A stretch of DNA of 64,000 nt from Candidatus Niyogibacteria bacterium (GTDB lineage: Bacteria; Patescibacteriota; Minisyncoccia; JACROR01). The stretch is from the NCBI GenBank assembly GCA_016186495.1, contig JACPLO010000002.1:6857-70856 (forward strand). Reading direction: 5' to 3'. Below, piece after piece: positions 49,780 to 59,468 of this stretch. Positions within the stretch are counted from its first letter, which is position 1. Every line of letters begins with the position of its first letter. A model generated the notes under the pieces. That model worked only from the letters and a program-made list of their open reading frames with translations. It was not told the origin of the DNA and made no database searches. Made by a program: the position numbers and the translations under genes.

Positions 49780-50478
49780 GTGCCTTACCCATTTTTATTG
49801 CAATCCCATATTAAATCCGGCCGATTGGCTCACGGATATTTGTTGATCGGTTCAATTGAACAGGCAAGAAAAATCGCGGCGGAAGCGGCCGGCCGGCTGC
49901 TTGAAAATTTCAATCAAAACCATCCTGATTTTTTTGAATTTTGCGGCGAATCTTTCGGCATCAGCGAGGCGAGAGAGTTAATCAGAAAAACTTATCTGAA
50001 AGCATTCGGCGCCGGCAACAAAAAAATATTTTTTATCGGCGCGGAAACTATAACTTTGGAAGCTGCCAGCGCGCTTTTAAAAACAATGGAAGATTTTTCA
50101 GACGCGGCGCATTTTTTTCTTTCCGTTCTTTCGGAGGAAAATTTGCCGGTTACTCTTTGTTCGCGATTGGTTAAAATCCGGATGGCTTTTGAGCCGGAAG
50201 CGGGCTTCACGGACTATTGGCGGAATTTTGAAAAGAAACCTCATATTGATAAAATGGAATATCTTAAAAAAATAGCGGATAAAAAAGATGAAAAAGAACA
50301 AAAAAAAATTTTGGACGCCCGCGAAATTTATTTTGAAGATATTTTAAAAAATAGCGGCAATGACGAACAGCGAAAAAAATCTTTGGAAAATTTGGAAAAT
50401 CTGGTTTTCGCGAGAGAATTAATGGACGGTCCGGCCGCTTATCCTAAATCTATTTTAGAATATCTGATATTAACATGA
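49780..50478 (+). CDS. Divergent DNA polymerase III delta-prime-like protein
   Basis: LAHGYLL, HPD, AASALLKTME, TLCSR. Confidence 0.7.
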   Translation: MPYPFLLQSHIKSGRLAHGYLLIGSIEQARKIAAEAAGRLLENFNQNHPDFFEFCGESFGISEARELIRKTYLKAFGAGNKKIFFIGAETITLEAASALLKTMEDFSDAAHFFLSVLSEENLPVTLCSRLVKIRMAFEPEAGFTDYWRNFEKKPHIDKMEYLKKIADKKDEKEQKKILDAREIYFEDILKNSGNDEQRKKSLENLENLVFARELMDGPAAYPKSILEYLILT

Positions 50479-50479
50479 A

Positions 50480-50602
50480 TCCCGTTAGAGATTAAAACCT
50501 TTATTTTTTAACGGAATTTAAAAATATCATCAATGAAGATAATTGGAAATTACAAGAATAATTTACGGAAATGATTTTAATCATTTCCTATCTCTAACAG
50601 GA
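50480..50602. mobile_element. Family A element, 123-bp subfamily, flanked by TGAA
   Basis: TGAA tcccgttagagat ... atctctaacagga TGAA. Confidence 0.92.
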
Positions 50603-50685
50603 TGAAATACGCTTTAATTATTATTTTAACATTTTTAATAATTATTTTTGTTGTTTCGGCGATAAGATTGATGATAGGAAATTAG
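50602..50685 (+). CDS. Putative 27-aa single-TM small protein
   Basis: MKYALIIILTFLIIIFVVSAIRLMIGN; without the element its ATG overlaps the upstream TGA (ATGA). Confidence 0.45.
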   Translation: MKYALIIILTFLIIIFVVSAIRLMIGN

Positions 50686-50697
50686 TTTTTATTCAAA

Positions 50698-51255
50698 ATG
50701 CAAAATTATAATGATTTCTCAAAACTTGATATTGAAATTCAAAAAGCGATTCATTGGTTTGGCAATGAAATTATTTCTTTAAGAACCGGCCGCGCCAACC
50801 CCGCTTTAGTGGAGGATTTAGAGATTGATTCTTACGGTTCTAAAATGCCTTTAAAGCATTTGGCCGCGATCAGCACGGAAGACGCGCGCACTTTAAATAT
50901 CAAACCTTGGGATAAAAATAATATTCAAGCGATTGAGTTGGCGGTTCGTTCTTCCAATTTAGGGCTTCAGCCCCTGGTGGATCAGGATATTATCCGGATT
51001 ATTATTCCTGAACTTACCGAAGAGCGCCGCGGGGCTTTAAAAAAAATGCTTAAAGAAAAATTAGAGCAAGCTAAAGTTTCCGTCCGCCGAGCCAGGGACG
51101 AGGTTTGGAGCAAAATTCAGGAGAAAGAGCGCGCCGGAGAAATCAGCGAAGATGAAAAATTCCGCCTTAAAGACAAAATGCAGGAAAAAATTGACGCGGC
51201 TTTCAAAAAACTGGAAGAGATAGCCGATAAAAAAGAAAAAGAAATAAGTTTTTAG
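50698..51255 (+). CDS. frr: Ribosome recycling factor
   Basis: LRTGRANP, PELTEERR, ISEDE. Confidence 0.95.
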   Translation: MQNYNDFSKLDIEIQKAIHWFGNEIISLRTGRANPALVEDLEIDSYGSKMPLKHLAAISTEDARTLNIKPWDKNNIQAIELAVRSSNLGLQPLVDQDIIRIIIPELTEERRGALKKMLKEKLEQAKVSVRRARDEVWSKIQEKERAGEISEDEKFRLKDKMQEKIDAAFKKLEEIADKKEKEISF

Positions 51256-51256
51256 A

Positions 51257-52339
51257 ATGCTGACCACTCTTTTTATTTTTTTTGTTATTTTAGTTTTATT
51301 GATTCTTTCGCATGAATTCGGGCATTTTATTTTTGCTAAATGGAATGGCGTTAAGGTGGAAGAATTCGGCTTTGGCTTGCCGCCGCGGCTTTTCAGCGTT
51401 AAAAAAGGAGAAACGGTTTATTCAATAAATCTTTTGCCTTTTGGCGGATTTGTGAAGATAGAAGGGGAAGAAATAAAAGACGATTTGCCGATCGGGCCGC
51501 GCAGTTTCGCGGCTAAAAGCATAAAAGCGCGGGCGATGATTATCGCGGCGGGCGTGTTTTTTAATCTTATCTTGGCGTTTTTTATTTTTTCTTTCGGCAA
51601 TTGGTGGGGAACGCCGGCCGCGCTCGGCGACGGAGAGAGAGCCGAAGATGAAAAAATATTTATCGTGGAAGTGCAGGAAAAATCTCCGGCGGAAACAGCC
51701 GGCCTTTTGGCGGGCGATACGCTGCTTAAGCTTAGAAGTAAAAGTGAAGAGTTGGCAGTTTCAAAAATCAGCGAAGTTCAGAATTTTATTAAGCAAAATC
51801 GCGGCCGGGAAATCACTGTTTTTTACAAAAGAGACGGGCAAGAATTAACCAGTTTGGCTAAACCGCGTTCGGAAACCAAAGAAAATGAAGGAGCGTTAGG
51901 AATCGTGATGGCTAAAATAGGGACAAAAAGTTATCCGTTCCATCAGGCAATCTGGCAAGGTTTAAAAACAACGATTTTTTTAACCGGCGCTATGGTCGCG
52001 GGCATTGTTGATTTTTTTGTGGTTTTAATCAGAGGTGAAGGAGGATTAGGGCAGATTGCCGGGCCGATAGGAATCGTCGGTTTGGTGGGAAGCGCGGCCA
52101 GTTTCGGTTTCTTATATCTTTTGCAATTTATGGCTTTTTTATCGGTTAATCTGGCGGTGATAAATTTTATTCCTTTTCCCGGGCTGGATGGCGGTCGGCT
52201 GTTTTTTTTGGCCGCGGAAGCGATCCGCGGCAAGCCGATTGGCGCTAAAATTAGCACATGGGCGCACGCGGTCGGTTTGGTTCTTCTTTTAATTTTAATG
52301 CTGATAATTACTTATAATGATATTGCGAAGATTCTTTAA
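51257..52339 (+). CDS. rseP: RIP metalloprotease RseP
   Basis: HEFGH, LPFGGFV, PDZ, NFIPFPGLDGG. Confidence 0.92.
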   Translation: MLTTLFIFFVILVLLILSHEFGHFIFAKWNGVKVEEFGFGLPPRLFSVKKGETVYSINLLPFGGFVKIEGEEIKDDLPIGPRSFAAKSIKARAMIIAAGVFFNLILAFFIFSFGNWWGTPAALGDGERAEDEKIFIVEVQEKSPAETAGLLAGDTLLKLRSKSEELAVSKISEVQNFIKQNRGREITVFYKRDGQELTSLAKPRSETKENEGALGIVMAKIGTKSYPFHQAIWQGLKTTIFLTGAMVAGIVDFFVVLIRGEGGLGQIAGPIGIVGLVGSAASFGFLYLLQFMAFLSVNLAVINFIPFPGLDGGRLFFLAAEAIRGKPIGAKISTWAHAVGLVLLLILMLIITYNDIAKIL

Positions 52340-52354
52340 TTTTAAGTTTAGTTA

Positions 52355-52702
52355 ATGAAAAAATTAAAAGACAGTTTTAAATTCGCTTTTAACGGTTTGA
52401 AAGAAACTCTTATTTTTGAGAGGAATTTTAAAATAATGCTTTTTGCCGCTTTATTGATGGCCGGAGCGGTATTTTATTTTGATTCCACTCGGACGGAAAA
52501 AGCGGTTATTTTTACGGCGATTTTCGCGGTTTTGACTTTGGAATTGGTGAATACCGCGATTGAACGAATTTTGGATTTTCTTGAACCGGCGCATCATGAA
52601 CAAGTGCGGATTATAAAAGACTTGATGGCCGCCGTGGTAATGGTGGCTTGTTTTGGCGCGGTTATTATCGGTTTAATAGTGTTTTGGCCGCATTTTAGAT
52701 AA
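52355..52702 (+). CDS. dgkA: Diacylglycerol/undecaprenol kinase family
   Basis: ERNF, ELVNTAIE, IKDLMAA. Confidence 0.88.
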   Translation: MKKLKDSFKFAFNGLKETLIFERNFKIMLFAALLMAGAVFYFDSTRTEKAVIFTAIFAVLTLELVNTAIERILDFLEPAHHEQVRIIKDLMAAVVMVACFGAVIIGLIVFWPHFR

Positions 52703-52734
52703 AAATAAGATAAGAAAAACTAAATTAATATTAT

Positions 52735-52770
52735 AAAAATCCAGCAAGGAATATTCTTTGCTGGATTTTT
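52735..52770. terminator. Bidirectional intrinsic terminator
   Basis: aaaaatccagcaagga atat tctttgctggattttt between convergent genes. Confidence 0.8.
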
Positions 52771-52782
52771 AAAACAATAGAT

Positions 52783-53343
52783 TTAAAAAAAATGGATGGT
52801 CAGAAAACCTTGAACTCTGGCGAGTTCAATAATCGTTGATAAATCATCAACGATTACAGTTTCGTTTACTTCTATGTTATTTTCAGCAATAAATGATTTT
52901 AAATTTTTGAATACGCAAATATCCGGTTTTATTTTTTTTGATTTTTTAAATTTAATGTTAATCGGCAGAGTAAATAAAAACGGCTTTATAAATAAATCCA
53001 GAATATTTTCTCTAGTTTGGATAAAATCAAAATCGCTGAATTCAAAAGGAAGATTATTTTCAAAAAAAATAATCCGATGAAGAGACCAAAGCGATCGGTC
53101 GGTCAGAAGGCCGACCAGACAATGATTTTTCTTTAATTTTTTTATGCTTTCTACCATCTCTGTCTTTATTATCACTTGCGATTTCTTATTTAAGATAAAT
53201 TCAGTAATTTCCTGGAGAAAAAGGAAAATTTTTGGCGTTCTTATTTTCATTTTTTTTGCCAGCCATCGCCATAATTTTTCTCCTTTCCCGCATTCCACGA
53301 TAACGCCGTCAAAATCCAAAACCACCATTTTTATCTGCGGCAA
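52783..53343 (-). CDS. HAD superfamily hydrolase-like protein
   Basis: LDFDGV, KPD, VDD; TTG start with AGGAGGT SD. Confidence 0.75.
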   Translation of the reverse strand: MPQIKMVVLDFDGVIVECGKGEKLWRWLAKKMKIRTPKIFLFLQEITEFILNKKSQVIIKTEMVESIKKLKKNHCLVGLLTDRSLWSLHRIIFFENNLPFEFSDFDFIQTRENILDLFIKPFLFTLPINIKFKKSKKIKPDICVFKNLKSFIAENNIEVNETVIVDDLSTIIELARVQGFLTIHFF

Positions 53344-53474
53344 TCAAACCACCTCCTTTTTATATTATAAAAGTGCCGTTTAATCTTTTTAATAAGATTA
53401 AGATATCGCGGCAATTATGTCAAAAAAATTATGTTTTGTTTGTTCATCGCCGGAAATAATGTTAATCTGTCAGT

Positions 53475-54722
53475 ATGCGCCAATCAAAACTTTTCGCTAA
53501 AACCGGCAAAAACGCTCCGAAAGACGAGATTACGAAAAACGCCGCGCTTCTTGTCCGCGCCGGTTTCATAGATAAATTGATGGCCGGAGTTTACACTTTT
53601 TTGCCGCTGGGTTTTCGCGCGCTTAAAAAAATTGAAGCGATTATCCGGGAAGAAATGGAAAAAGCCGGCGGCCAAGAAATTTTAATGCCCGCGCTTCAGC
53701 CGAAGGAAAATTGGGAAAAAACCGGCCGCTGGAAAACGATGGATGATCTTTATAAAATTAAAGATAAAAGCGGGCGTGAATTTGCTTTAGGCCCGACCCA
53801 TGAGGAAGTCATCGTGCCTTTGGTTAAAAAGCATATTTTTTCTTATAAAGATCTGCCGTTCTGCGTTTTTCAGATTCAGGATAAATTCAGGATGGAATTG
53901 CGGCCTAAGTCCGGCCTTTTGCGCGGCCGGGAATTTATGATGAAAGATTTTTATTCTTTCCACGCCGACCAAAAAGATTTAGAAAAATATTACGAAGAAA
54001 TGAAGCGCTATTATCGGAATATTTTTGAAAAATGCGGCTTGGCCGGAAAAACTTATCTTACTTTTGCTTCCGGCGGAAGTTTTTCAAAATATTCCCATGA
54101 ATTTCAGGCCATAACCGAAGCCGGTGAAGATACAATTTATCTTTGTGAATCCTGCCAAATTGGGGTAAATAAAGAAATTATAAACGAACAAAGCGATTGC
54201 CCCGAATGCGGAAACAAAAATTTAACCGAGAAAAAATCGATTGAAGTCGGAAATATTTTTAATTTAAAAACAAAATTTTCCGATGCTTTCGGTTTGAAAT
54301 ATAAAAATGAAAAAGGCGAAGAATTTCCCGTTTTTATGGGTTGTTATGGCCTTGGCTTGGGGCGGCTTTTAGGCGCAATCGCGGAAACGCAAAATGACGA
54401 CAAAGGCCTGATTTGGCCGAAAAATGTCGCGCCATATTCGGTTCATTTAATCAATATTGCCGGCGTTGAAAAAGAAGCGGATAATCTTTATGAAGATTTG
54501 AAGAGCCGCGGGTTTGAAATTTTATATGACGATCGCGGCGATAAAAGCGCGGGCGAGAAATTTTCCGACGCGGATTTAATCGGTTTGCCTTTCCGGGTGG
54601 TGGTCAGCGAGAAAACGATAAAAGAAAAAAAGTATGAAATTAAAGAGCGGGGCAGAAAAACGATAAAGTTGATAAATAAGAAAGAATTGTTAGAAATTTT
54701 AATTAAACAATGTGAATTATAA
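53475..54722 (+). CDS. proS: Proline--tRNA ligase (short type)
   Basis: LGPTHEE, LLRGREF, IEVGNIF, MGCYG, ADLIG. Confidence 0.93.
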   Translation: MRQSKLFAKTGKNAPKDEITKNAALLVRAGFIDKLMAGVYTFLPLGFRALKKIEAIIREEMEKAGGQEILMPALQPKENWEKTGRWKTMDDLYKIKDKSGREFALGPTHEEVIVPLVKKHIFSYKDLPFCVFQIQDKFRMELRPKSGLLRGREFMMKDFYSFHADQKDLEKYYEEMKRYYRNIFEKCGLAGKTYLTFASGGSFSKYSHEFQAITEAGEDTIYLCESCQIGVNKEIINEQSDCPECGNKNLTEKKSIEVGNIFNLKTKFSDAFGLKYKNEKGEEFPVFMGCYGLGLGRLLGAIAETQNDDKGLIWPKNVAPYSVHLINIAGVEKEADNLYEDLKSRGFEILYDDRGDKSAGEKFSDADLIGLPFRVVVSEKTIKEKKYEIKERGRKTIKLINKKELLEILIKQCEL

Positions 54723-54858
54723 AATACTCCTAAATTGCTTTTCTCAACGCGGTAAGAGGGAGACCCTAAATCCCCCCTATTATAACAGGTCGCAAAGCGA
54801 CCTAAAGTAGACTCCCCCTTAATCGTTTCCAAAAGCAATTTAGGAGTATTTTGTAATT
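54715..54858. repeat. Family B long palindromic element
   Basis: 28-bp terminal IR with one mismatch; inner aggtcgc aaa gcgacct hairpin; partial copies at 14372 and 18482. Confidence 0.85.
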
Positions 54859-54874
54859 AAAAGTTTTATAATTT

Positions 54875-55927
54875 ATGCTTAATAAAATTTTTTCACTTTT
54901 TTCCCATGATATCGGCATTGATTTAGGGACAGCCAATACGTTAGTTTACGTGAAAGGCCGGGGAATTGTCATAAATGAACCTTCGGTTGTGGCGATTAAT
55001 CAGAAAACCGGGCAGATCGTGGCAATTGGCGCAAACGCCAAAAGAATGGTGGGCCGGACGCCAACTCATATTGCGGTGGTGCGTCCTTTGGTGGAAGGAG
55101 TGATTTCTGATTTTGAAGTAACCGAAGAAATGATTTCTTATTTTATCCGTAAAGTGCATTCTAACCGCGCTTTTTTGACGGCGCGGCCAAAAGTGGTGAT
55201 CGGGATTCCTTCGGGCATTACGGAAGTGGAGAGGCGCGCCGTCAGGGACGCGGCTAAAAATGCCGGCGCCCGGGAAGTTTATTTAGTGGAAGAGCCGATG
55301 GCGGCGGCCATCGGCATTAGAATGCCGATTTACGAACCGATCGGCAATATGATAATTGATATCGGCGGCGGGACGAGCGATATCGCGGTTATTTCATTGG
55401 GAGGAATTGTAAAATCCACCAATCTGCGCGTGGCGGGCGATCGTTTCAATCAAGATATTATAAATTACGTGCGCGATGAATTTAAAATTTTGATCGGTGA
55501 AAGAACCGCCGAAGACGTTAAAATGGCGATCGGTTCCGCTTATAACAACGGCGATTCTTCAGAGTCTATTATTCGGGGCCGCGATCTGATAACCGGTTTG
55601 CCGCGCGAAATATCGGTAAGCGACGCTGATATCAGAGAAGCTATTTCTAAATCCGTAAAATCTTTAATTTATTCGGTCAAGGAATTAATTGAAGAAACGC
55701 CGCCGGAACTGGTTTCGGACATTATGCATCGCGGCATTATGATGGTGGGCGGCGGATCATTTTTAAAAGGCTTAGATAGAATTATAGAAATGGAAACTAA
55801 AATACCGGTAAAAGTGGCCGAAGATCCTTTAACGGCAGTGGTGCGCGGAACCGGGATTATTCTTGAAGATATCGCGGCGATAAAAGACGTTTTAATAAAC
55901 CATGAAGACGATTTACCGCCCCGATAA
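54875..55927 (+). CDS. mreB: Rod shape-determining protein MreB
   Basis: IDLGTANT, EEPMAAAIG, DIGGGT; first gene of mreBCD-mrdA. Confidence 0.95.
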   Translation: MLNKIFSLFSHDIGIDLGTANTLVYVKGRGIVINEPSVVAINQKTGQIVAIGANAKRMVGRTPTHIAVVRPLVEGVISDFEVTEEMISYFIRKVHSNRAFLTARPKVVIGIPSGITEVERRAVRDAAKNAGAREVYLVEEPMAAAIGIRMPIYEPIGNMIIDIGGGTSDIAVISLGGIVKSTNLRVAGDRFNQDIINYVRDEFKILIGERTAEDVKMAIGSAYNNGDSSESIIRGRDLITGLPREISVSDADIREAISKSVKSLIYSVKELIEETPPELVSDIMHRGIMMVGGGSFLKGLDRIIEMETKIPVKVAEDPLTAVVRGTGIILEDIAAIKDVLINHEDDLPPR

Positions 55928-56693
55928 GTCTTTTAAAAGCGTTAGTTTTAAGATATTGGCAAGCGTTTTTATAGCGCTTGTTTTATTGACCGTGGCTTAT
56001 TTTGATTTTTTGGAAGCGGCTTTGGCAAATTCTATTTTTAATTTTTTCAAACCGATTTTAAATTTTTCAATCTCGGCTAAAAATACTTTAAACGGCTTTA
56101 TTTTCATTTTCGCGGATAAAATCCGGCTGGCGGAAGAAAACAAGAATTTGCAAGAAACCGCGGATGATTTGAAAGGGCGTTTGGAAAATTTAGAATTAAT
56201 TAAGAAAGAAAATAAAGAATTACGGGAAATGCTGGGCCGGATTTCCGAAGAGAAAATTTTAGCCAATGTTGTTTTATTTTCGCCGGAAATCTATGATGCT
56301 TTTATTTTAGATGTCGGCGGAGAAGAAGGCGTGAAAGCGGGGATGAATGTGGTTTCTTCGGGAGATATCTTTTTAGGTTATATTAGCGAGGTTTACGCTA
56401 AGACCAGTCGGGCAACTTTTATTTCCTATCCTAATCAGGAAACTAACATTTTTTTGGAAAATAGCGGGACGCCGATTACAGCCGTAGGATTAGGAGGAGA
56501 AATGATGAAATTTTCTTTGCCGCGCGAAGCTTCTGTTCAGGTCGGCGAAAGAGCGCTGATTATGGCTAAGACGGCGCGCTTGGTCGGTTTTGTGGAAAAA
56601 ATAGAAAAATCCAGCACGAATTCTTTGCAAAATGTTATTTTACGTTTACCTTTGAATATCCGAAATTTAAGAACCGCGTTGATTATTAAATAA
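55902..56693 (+). CDS. mreC: Rod shape-determining protein MreC
   Basis: TM, coiled coil ENKELREML, ILDVGGEEGVKAG. Confidence 0.85.
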   Translation: MKTIYRPDKSFKSVSFKILASVFIALVLLTVAYFDFLEAALANSIFNFFKPILNFSISAKNTLNGFIFIFADKIRLAEENKNLQETADDLKGRLENLELIKKENKELREMLGRISEEKILANVVLFSPEIYDAFILDVGGEEGVKAGMNVVSSGDIFLGYISEVYAKTSRATFISYPNQETNIFLENSGTPITAVGLGGEMMKFSLPREASVQVGERALIMAKTARLVGFVEKIEKSSTNSLQNVILRLPLNIRNLRTALIIK

Positions 56694-56699
56694 ATCCCG

Positions 56700-57173
56700 A
56701 TGGCTTTAAATGTTATTTTAGAGAGAATTTTATATTTTTTTATTTTGATTTTTGGAATTTTTATTTTGCCTTGGCCGGCGTTATTTGGATTTTTTTCGTA
56801 TTTAATAGCGCGTTTTTCCTGGGCGTTTGAATTAATTATCGTCGGCATAGTGTTGGACGCTTTCAGCGGTTTGCCTTTCGGTTTTTTTTCTTTTTTATTT
56901 TTAGTAAGTTTATTGGCGATAGAATTTTTAAGATCGTTTTTTTATGAACAAGGATTTTATGTCATTCTTATCCGGGGGTTGGCGGCAATATCGGTTTTTT
57001 TTATTCTGGAAACGGCATTTTTCGGAATTTTTCAGGGAGCCGCTGTTTATGGAAACTTTGGATTTTGGAAAGCGTTATTTTTCAGTTATTTGACGGCTTT
57101 GATTGTTTTGTTTTCAGCTTTAATTTTTCATTTGATTATTTCTTATGCGGCAAAGAAAGAAAATTTTTTCTAA
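56700..57173 (+). CDS. MreD-like membrane protein
   Basis: Hydrophobic, GIVLDAFSGLPFG; position between mreC and mrdA. Confidence 0.65.
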   Translation: MALNVILERILYFFILIFGIFILPWPALFGFFSYLIARFSWAFELIIVGIVLDAFSGLPFGFFSFLFLVSLLAIEFLRSFFYEQGFYVILIRGLAAISVFFILETAFFGIFQGAAVYGNFGFWKALFFSYLTALIVLFSALIFHLIISYAAKKENFF

Positions 57174-58857
57174 AAAAGACATATCTCCCGACGAAATATT
57201 TTTAGACGCCAAAAATATGCCGAATTTCAGCCGGGAAAGTTTTGAGGGAATAATGGAAAAAGCCATTATTTCCGCCAACGCTTGGGTAATGACGGCGGTT
57301 TTCGGATTGGTTTTAGCGGTTATGTTTTTGAAAGTAGGTATTCTTCAGATCAGCCAAGGAGAAATGTTTTATCAGAGAGCTAAGGAAAATCGTTTGCATT
57401 TAATGTCCCTTTTTCCGGAAAGAGGAGTAATTTATGATCGGCGCGGCCTGGAGTTGGCCCGGAATGAAAATTTTTCCAATGAAATTATCCGCGTTTACGC
57501 TGATTTGCCCGGTTTGTCGCATCTTTTAGGATATATGGGTTTTCTTTCAGAAGAAGAATTAAAAGAAGGAAATTTTGATCGGCAGTCTAAATACGGCCGG
57601 GCGGGGCTGGAAAAAGGGCTGGATAATTTTTTAAGAGGAAAAGAAGGGCAGCGTTTGGTGGAAGTTGATTCTTTAGGCAAAATAGTTTCGGAAAGTATTC
57701 AACGAGCGCCGGAAAATGGAGCTAATATCACGCTTAGCATTGACGCCGAGATGCAGTCAAAACTTTTTGAGAAAATTCAAAATACCGCCCAAGACCGAGG
57801 GTTTAAAGGGGGAGCGGGAATTGTAATGGATTCTCAAAACGGCGAGATTTTAGCGATGACCAGTTGGCCGGAATACGATCCTAACGCTTTTTCAAAAGGA
57901 GAAGCTGAAAAATTGCCTTTTTTCTTGAATAATGAGGAAAAACCGCTTTTTTTTAGGGCAATTTCCGGACTTTATTCGCCGGGTTCCTCGATTAAACCAG
58001 TTATCGCTTTAGCGGCTTTAAAAGAGGGAGTGATTGATAAGGACCATTCTATTTTCAGCGCGGGAAGCATTTCTGTGGCTAATCCTTACGATCCCGGCAA
58101 GAAATCCGTGTTTTACGATTGGAAAGCGCATGGCTGGGTGAATCTTGAAAAAGCGCTGGCGGTTTCATCAAATGTTTATTTTTACGCGATTGGCGGCGGT
58201 TTTGAAGAAATCAGCGGCCTTGGCGTTTCGCGCCTTAAAAAATATTTTGAAATGTTCGGTTTGGGGAAAAAGACCGGGCTTGAATTTTTGCCGGAAGAGG
58301 AAGGGTTTATTCCAAGCCCGGATTGGAAAGAAAAATATTTTTCAGACAAAATTTGGCGCTTGGGAGACACTTATAATTTAAGCATCGGCCAAGGATGGCT
58401 TGAGGTTACTCCGCTTCAAATGGCGGTCGTGACTTCAATCATCAGCCAAAATGGCAAAAAAATTAAACCCCATTTGGTAAAAGAGATGATTTTTACCGAT
58501 AAAAAGAATGTTCCTTTGCCGTTAAGTTTTGAGAAAATTGATATTGAAGAAAAATATTTTAAAATTGTTAAAGAAGGAATGAAGATGGCCGTGGAAGAAG
58601 GAACCGCAAAAGCGCTTTCCGGTTTAAGGGCAGAGATAGCGGCTAAAACCGGCACAGCCCAAATCGGAAGCAATAGGGTGGATTCCTGGCTTGTCGCTTT
58701 CGCGCCTTATGATAATCCTCGGCTGGTTTTAACCATAGTTTTGGAAGGAGGAAACGCCAATAATTTAATAGGCGCTCCTTTTGCGGCTAAGCAATTTTTT
58801 GAGTGGCTGATTTTAAATCGTCCCGAATATCTGGCTGTTGATAACGGGATTGACTGA
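57145..58857 (+). CDS. mrdA: Penicillin-binding protein 2
   Basis: ERGVIYDR, PGSSIK, SSN, KTGTAQ. Confidence 0.9.
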   Translation: MRQRKKIFSKKDISPDEIFLDAKNMPNFSRESFEGIMEKAIISANAWVMTAVFGLVLAVMFLKVGILQISQGEMFYQRAKENRLHLMSLFPERGVIYDRRGLELARNENFSNEIIRVYADLPGLSHLLGYMGFLSEEELKEGNFDRQSKYGRAGLEKGLDNFLRGKEGQRLVEVDSLGKIVSESIQRAPENGANITLSIDAEMQSKLFEKIQNTAQDRGFKGGAGIVMDSQNGEILAMTSWPEYDPNAFSKGEAEKLPFFLNNEEKPLFFRAISGLYSPGSSIKPVIALAALKEGVIDKDHSIFSAGSISVANPYDPGKKSVFYDWKAHGWVNLEKALAVSSNVYFYAIGGGFEEISGLGVSRLKKYFEMFGLGKKTGLEFLPEEEGFIPSPDWKEKYFSDKIWRLGDTYNLSIGQGWLEVTPLQMAVVTSIISQNGKKIKPHLVKEMIFTDKKNVPLPLSFEKIDIEEKYFKIVKEGMKMAVEEGTAKALSGLRAEIAAKTGTAQIGSNRVDSWLVAFAPYDNPRLVLTIVLEGGNANNLIGAPFAAKQFFEWLILNRPEYLAVDNGID

Positions 58858-58895
58858 AATTCAGGAGTAAGATAAGGTGTCTAAATAAATTTAAT

Positions 58896-59384
58896 ATGGC
58901 TAATCATAATTATAATATTGAATATTTAAGCAAAGAAGGTTTTGAAAAACTTCGGGAAGAGTTGAGGATTTTAAGTAATGAACGCCGCCGAAAAATAGCC
59001 GAGCGTTTGGAATACGCAAAATCTTTAGGTGATCTTTCCGAGAATGCCGAATATCAGCAAGCTAAAGAAGATCAAACTTCCAATGAAATGCGCATCGCGG
59101 AATTGGAAAATATTCTGCAGGGAGCGGAAATTATCCAAAAATCTTCGGCCGATACTGTGGAAGTAGGCGCAAAAGTGGTGGCGGAAAAAAGCGAAACAAA
59201 AGCGGCCAAGCGCGGCGTTTGCGAATTTTTAATCGTTGGTTCAGAAGAAGCGGATCCGGCGGCTAACAAGATTTCTCACGAATCTCCCATTGGCCGCGCT
59301 TTTTTGGGAAAAAAGAAAGGAGAAGAAGTGAATGTTCTTACTCTCAAAGGCGCGGTTTATTACAAAATTTTGGATATTCTTTAA
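58896..59384 (+). CDS. greA: Transcription elongation factor GreA
   Basis: GDLSENAEY, ISHESPIG. Confidence 0.95.
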   Translation: MANHNYNIEYLSKEGFEKLREELRILSNERRRKIAERLEYAKSLGDLSENAEYQQAKEDQTSNEMRIAELENILQGAEIIQKSSADTVEVGAKVVAEKSETKAAKRGVCEFLIVGSEEADPAANKISHESPIGRAFLGKKKGEEVNVLTLKGAVYYKILDIL

Positions 59385-59468
59385 ATTCAGCCTTTTATTG
59401 TGTTATAATAATATGATAATGCTTGCCTGAAATTTGCCATTTAGCGGTATAATAACAGATTTCTAAAA

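Noticed and set aside
48749-55927. Two mreB genes as a novelty
   Set aside because: MreB paralogues are common and both look canonical.
58821-58853. tcccgaatatc...gataacggga TTGA at the end of mrdA as a family A copy
   Set aside because: Arms are too degenerate and there is no matching left flank; may be an old remnant but cannot be supported.
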